The notes below the pieces were generated by a model that saw nothing but the letters and a program-made list of their open reading frames with translations, was not told the origin of the DNA and made no database searches. Positions 62,905 to 64,000 of a stretch of DNA of 64,000 nt are shown piece by piece. The position numbers were made by a program, and so were the translations under genes. Every line of letters begins with the position of its first letter. The first letter of the stretch is position 1. The stretch is from Octopus bimaculoides (lineage: Eukaryota): assembly GCF_001194135.2 (NCBI RefSeq), contig NC_068983.1, positions 145,532,452 through 145,596,451 on the forward strand. The letters run 5' to 3'.

Positions 62905-63736
62905 CAGGGTGCGATGAATAAACTGTCTAAATTATGCAAAAATGAAAATAACACTGACATCTCATTTTAACAGATATATTTACTGAAATTGCATCAAAAT
63001 ATCTTGAAAAAGTTATGAGTAAATTTATTCAATTAAATTGCCATAGGCTTCAACCACGGCTTCCAGACGACTTTAGAATCTCCTTCAACTCTTCTGGGTG
63101 GTCTCCTTGTTTAAGTTGGTGAACACTGCCATAATCCTTGCCTTCAGTTCATCTTTAGTGTTACAAGGAGTTTTGTTGGTCTCTCACTCAACTGCACCCT
63201 GTACATAATAAAGGGAGTTGCAGTCTGGGGAGTTAGGTGTTCAGATGTTAGGGGTGATGTGGTCACAGAAATTGTCTGACAGCCATGACTGGGTTCTCCT
63301 GCTTGTGTGACATGGTGCAGAGTCTTGTCAGACACATGGTCTTCCAGTAGACACCCTCTTGACCCAGGGCAGCACTACCTCCTCCAGGCACCTGATGTAG
63401 GCCTCCATGTTGAGTCGGAGGCCATGTGGGAAGATGGATTGAGGCATAATGTTGCCATCACTAGCAATCACTCCAAACACCATGATGTTGACTGGATGTT
63501 TGATTTTTATCACTGTCGGCACATGTTTATATTTTAGCTTCCAGTGCAAATGCCAAGCAGTACAGCATTTTGTTTCCAAATTTCCTACAGAGTGAATTGT
63601 ATCATGGTGCAGTTTTTCTCAGAAATGGTCCTCAACTGACCCTACTATACTGTGTAGTCAACAAAATCAAAAACAAACAATGCACATGCGTGAAATTAAA
63701 AATATAAAATGGCAACAGTTCACCCATTGCACCCTG
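62905..63736 (-). mobile_element. Tc1/mariner maT (DD37D-type) internal-deletion derivative with both TIRs
   Basis: TA|CAGGGTGCGATGAATAAACTG ... CAGTTCACCCATTGCACCCTG|TA. Transposase remnants HPVNIMVFGVIASDG...LPWV, QDSAPCH, PNSPDCN. Confidence 0.85.
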
Positions 63737-63742
63737 TATATA

Positions 63743-64000
63743 TCATCATCATCGTTTAACGTCCGCTTTCCATGCTAGCATGGGTTGGACGATTTGACTG
63801 AGGACTGGTGAAACCGGATGGCAACACCAGGCTCCAATCTGATTTGGCAGAGTTTCTACAGCTGGATGCCCTTCCTAACGCCAACCACTCAGAGAGTGTA
63901 GTGGGTGCTTTTAAGTCTCACCGGCATGAAGGCCAGTCAGGCGGTACTGGCAACGGCCACGCTCAAAATAGTGCATTCTATGTGCCACCCGCACAAGAGC
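63743..64000 (-). mobile_element. Family D repeat 3' end, continues beyond the window
   Basis: (CAT)n then CGTTTAACGTCCGCTTTCCATGCTAGCATGGGTTGGACG; CpGs intact (young copy). Confidence 0.8.

Overview
AT-rich animal genomic DNA with assembly gaps and dense (TA)n/(CA)n/(TACA)n microsatellites. The SINE, LINE and MITE families match those I recognise from Octopus genomes (inference, not a database result). Most of the window is transposon debris: at least four SINE-like families, CR1-, RTE- and Tx1-type LINE remnants, a Gypsy integrase scrap, and mariner, maT, hAT, piggyBac-, Kolobok- and Merlin-like pieces. One protein-coding gene can be reconstructed on the minus strand (about 25562 to 13414, about 830 aa, five coding exons including two micro-exons). 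Its N-terminal half has a gapless 83-aa internal duplication (41/83 identical) plus a third diverged copy. By eye, all three resemble the SKI/SNO/DACH winged-helix domain. Its first coding intron holds a 1.7 kb gag-like (CCHC) element with no RT, inserted into a SINE with a 4-bp duplication. The window also shows a CpG mosaic: CpG-normal 0-37 kb and 54.6-58.3 kb, CpG-decayed about 37-54.6 kb and 60-63.7 kb. This suggests methylated gene bodies flanking a promoter at about 55 kb. No prokaryotic features, CRISPR arrays or bona fide rRNA/tRNA genes are supported.
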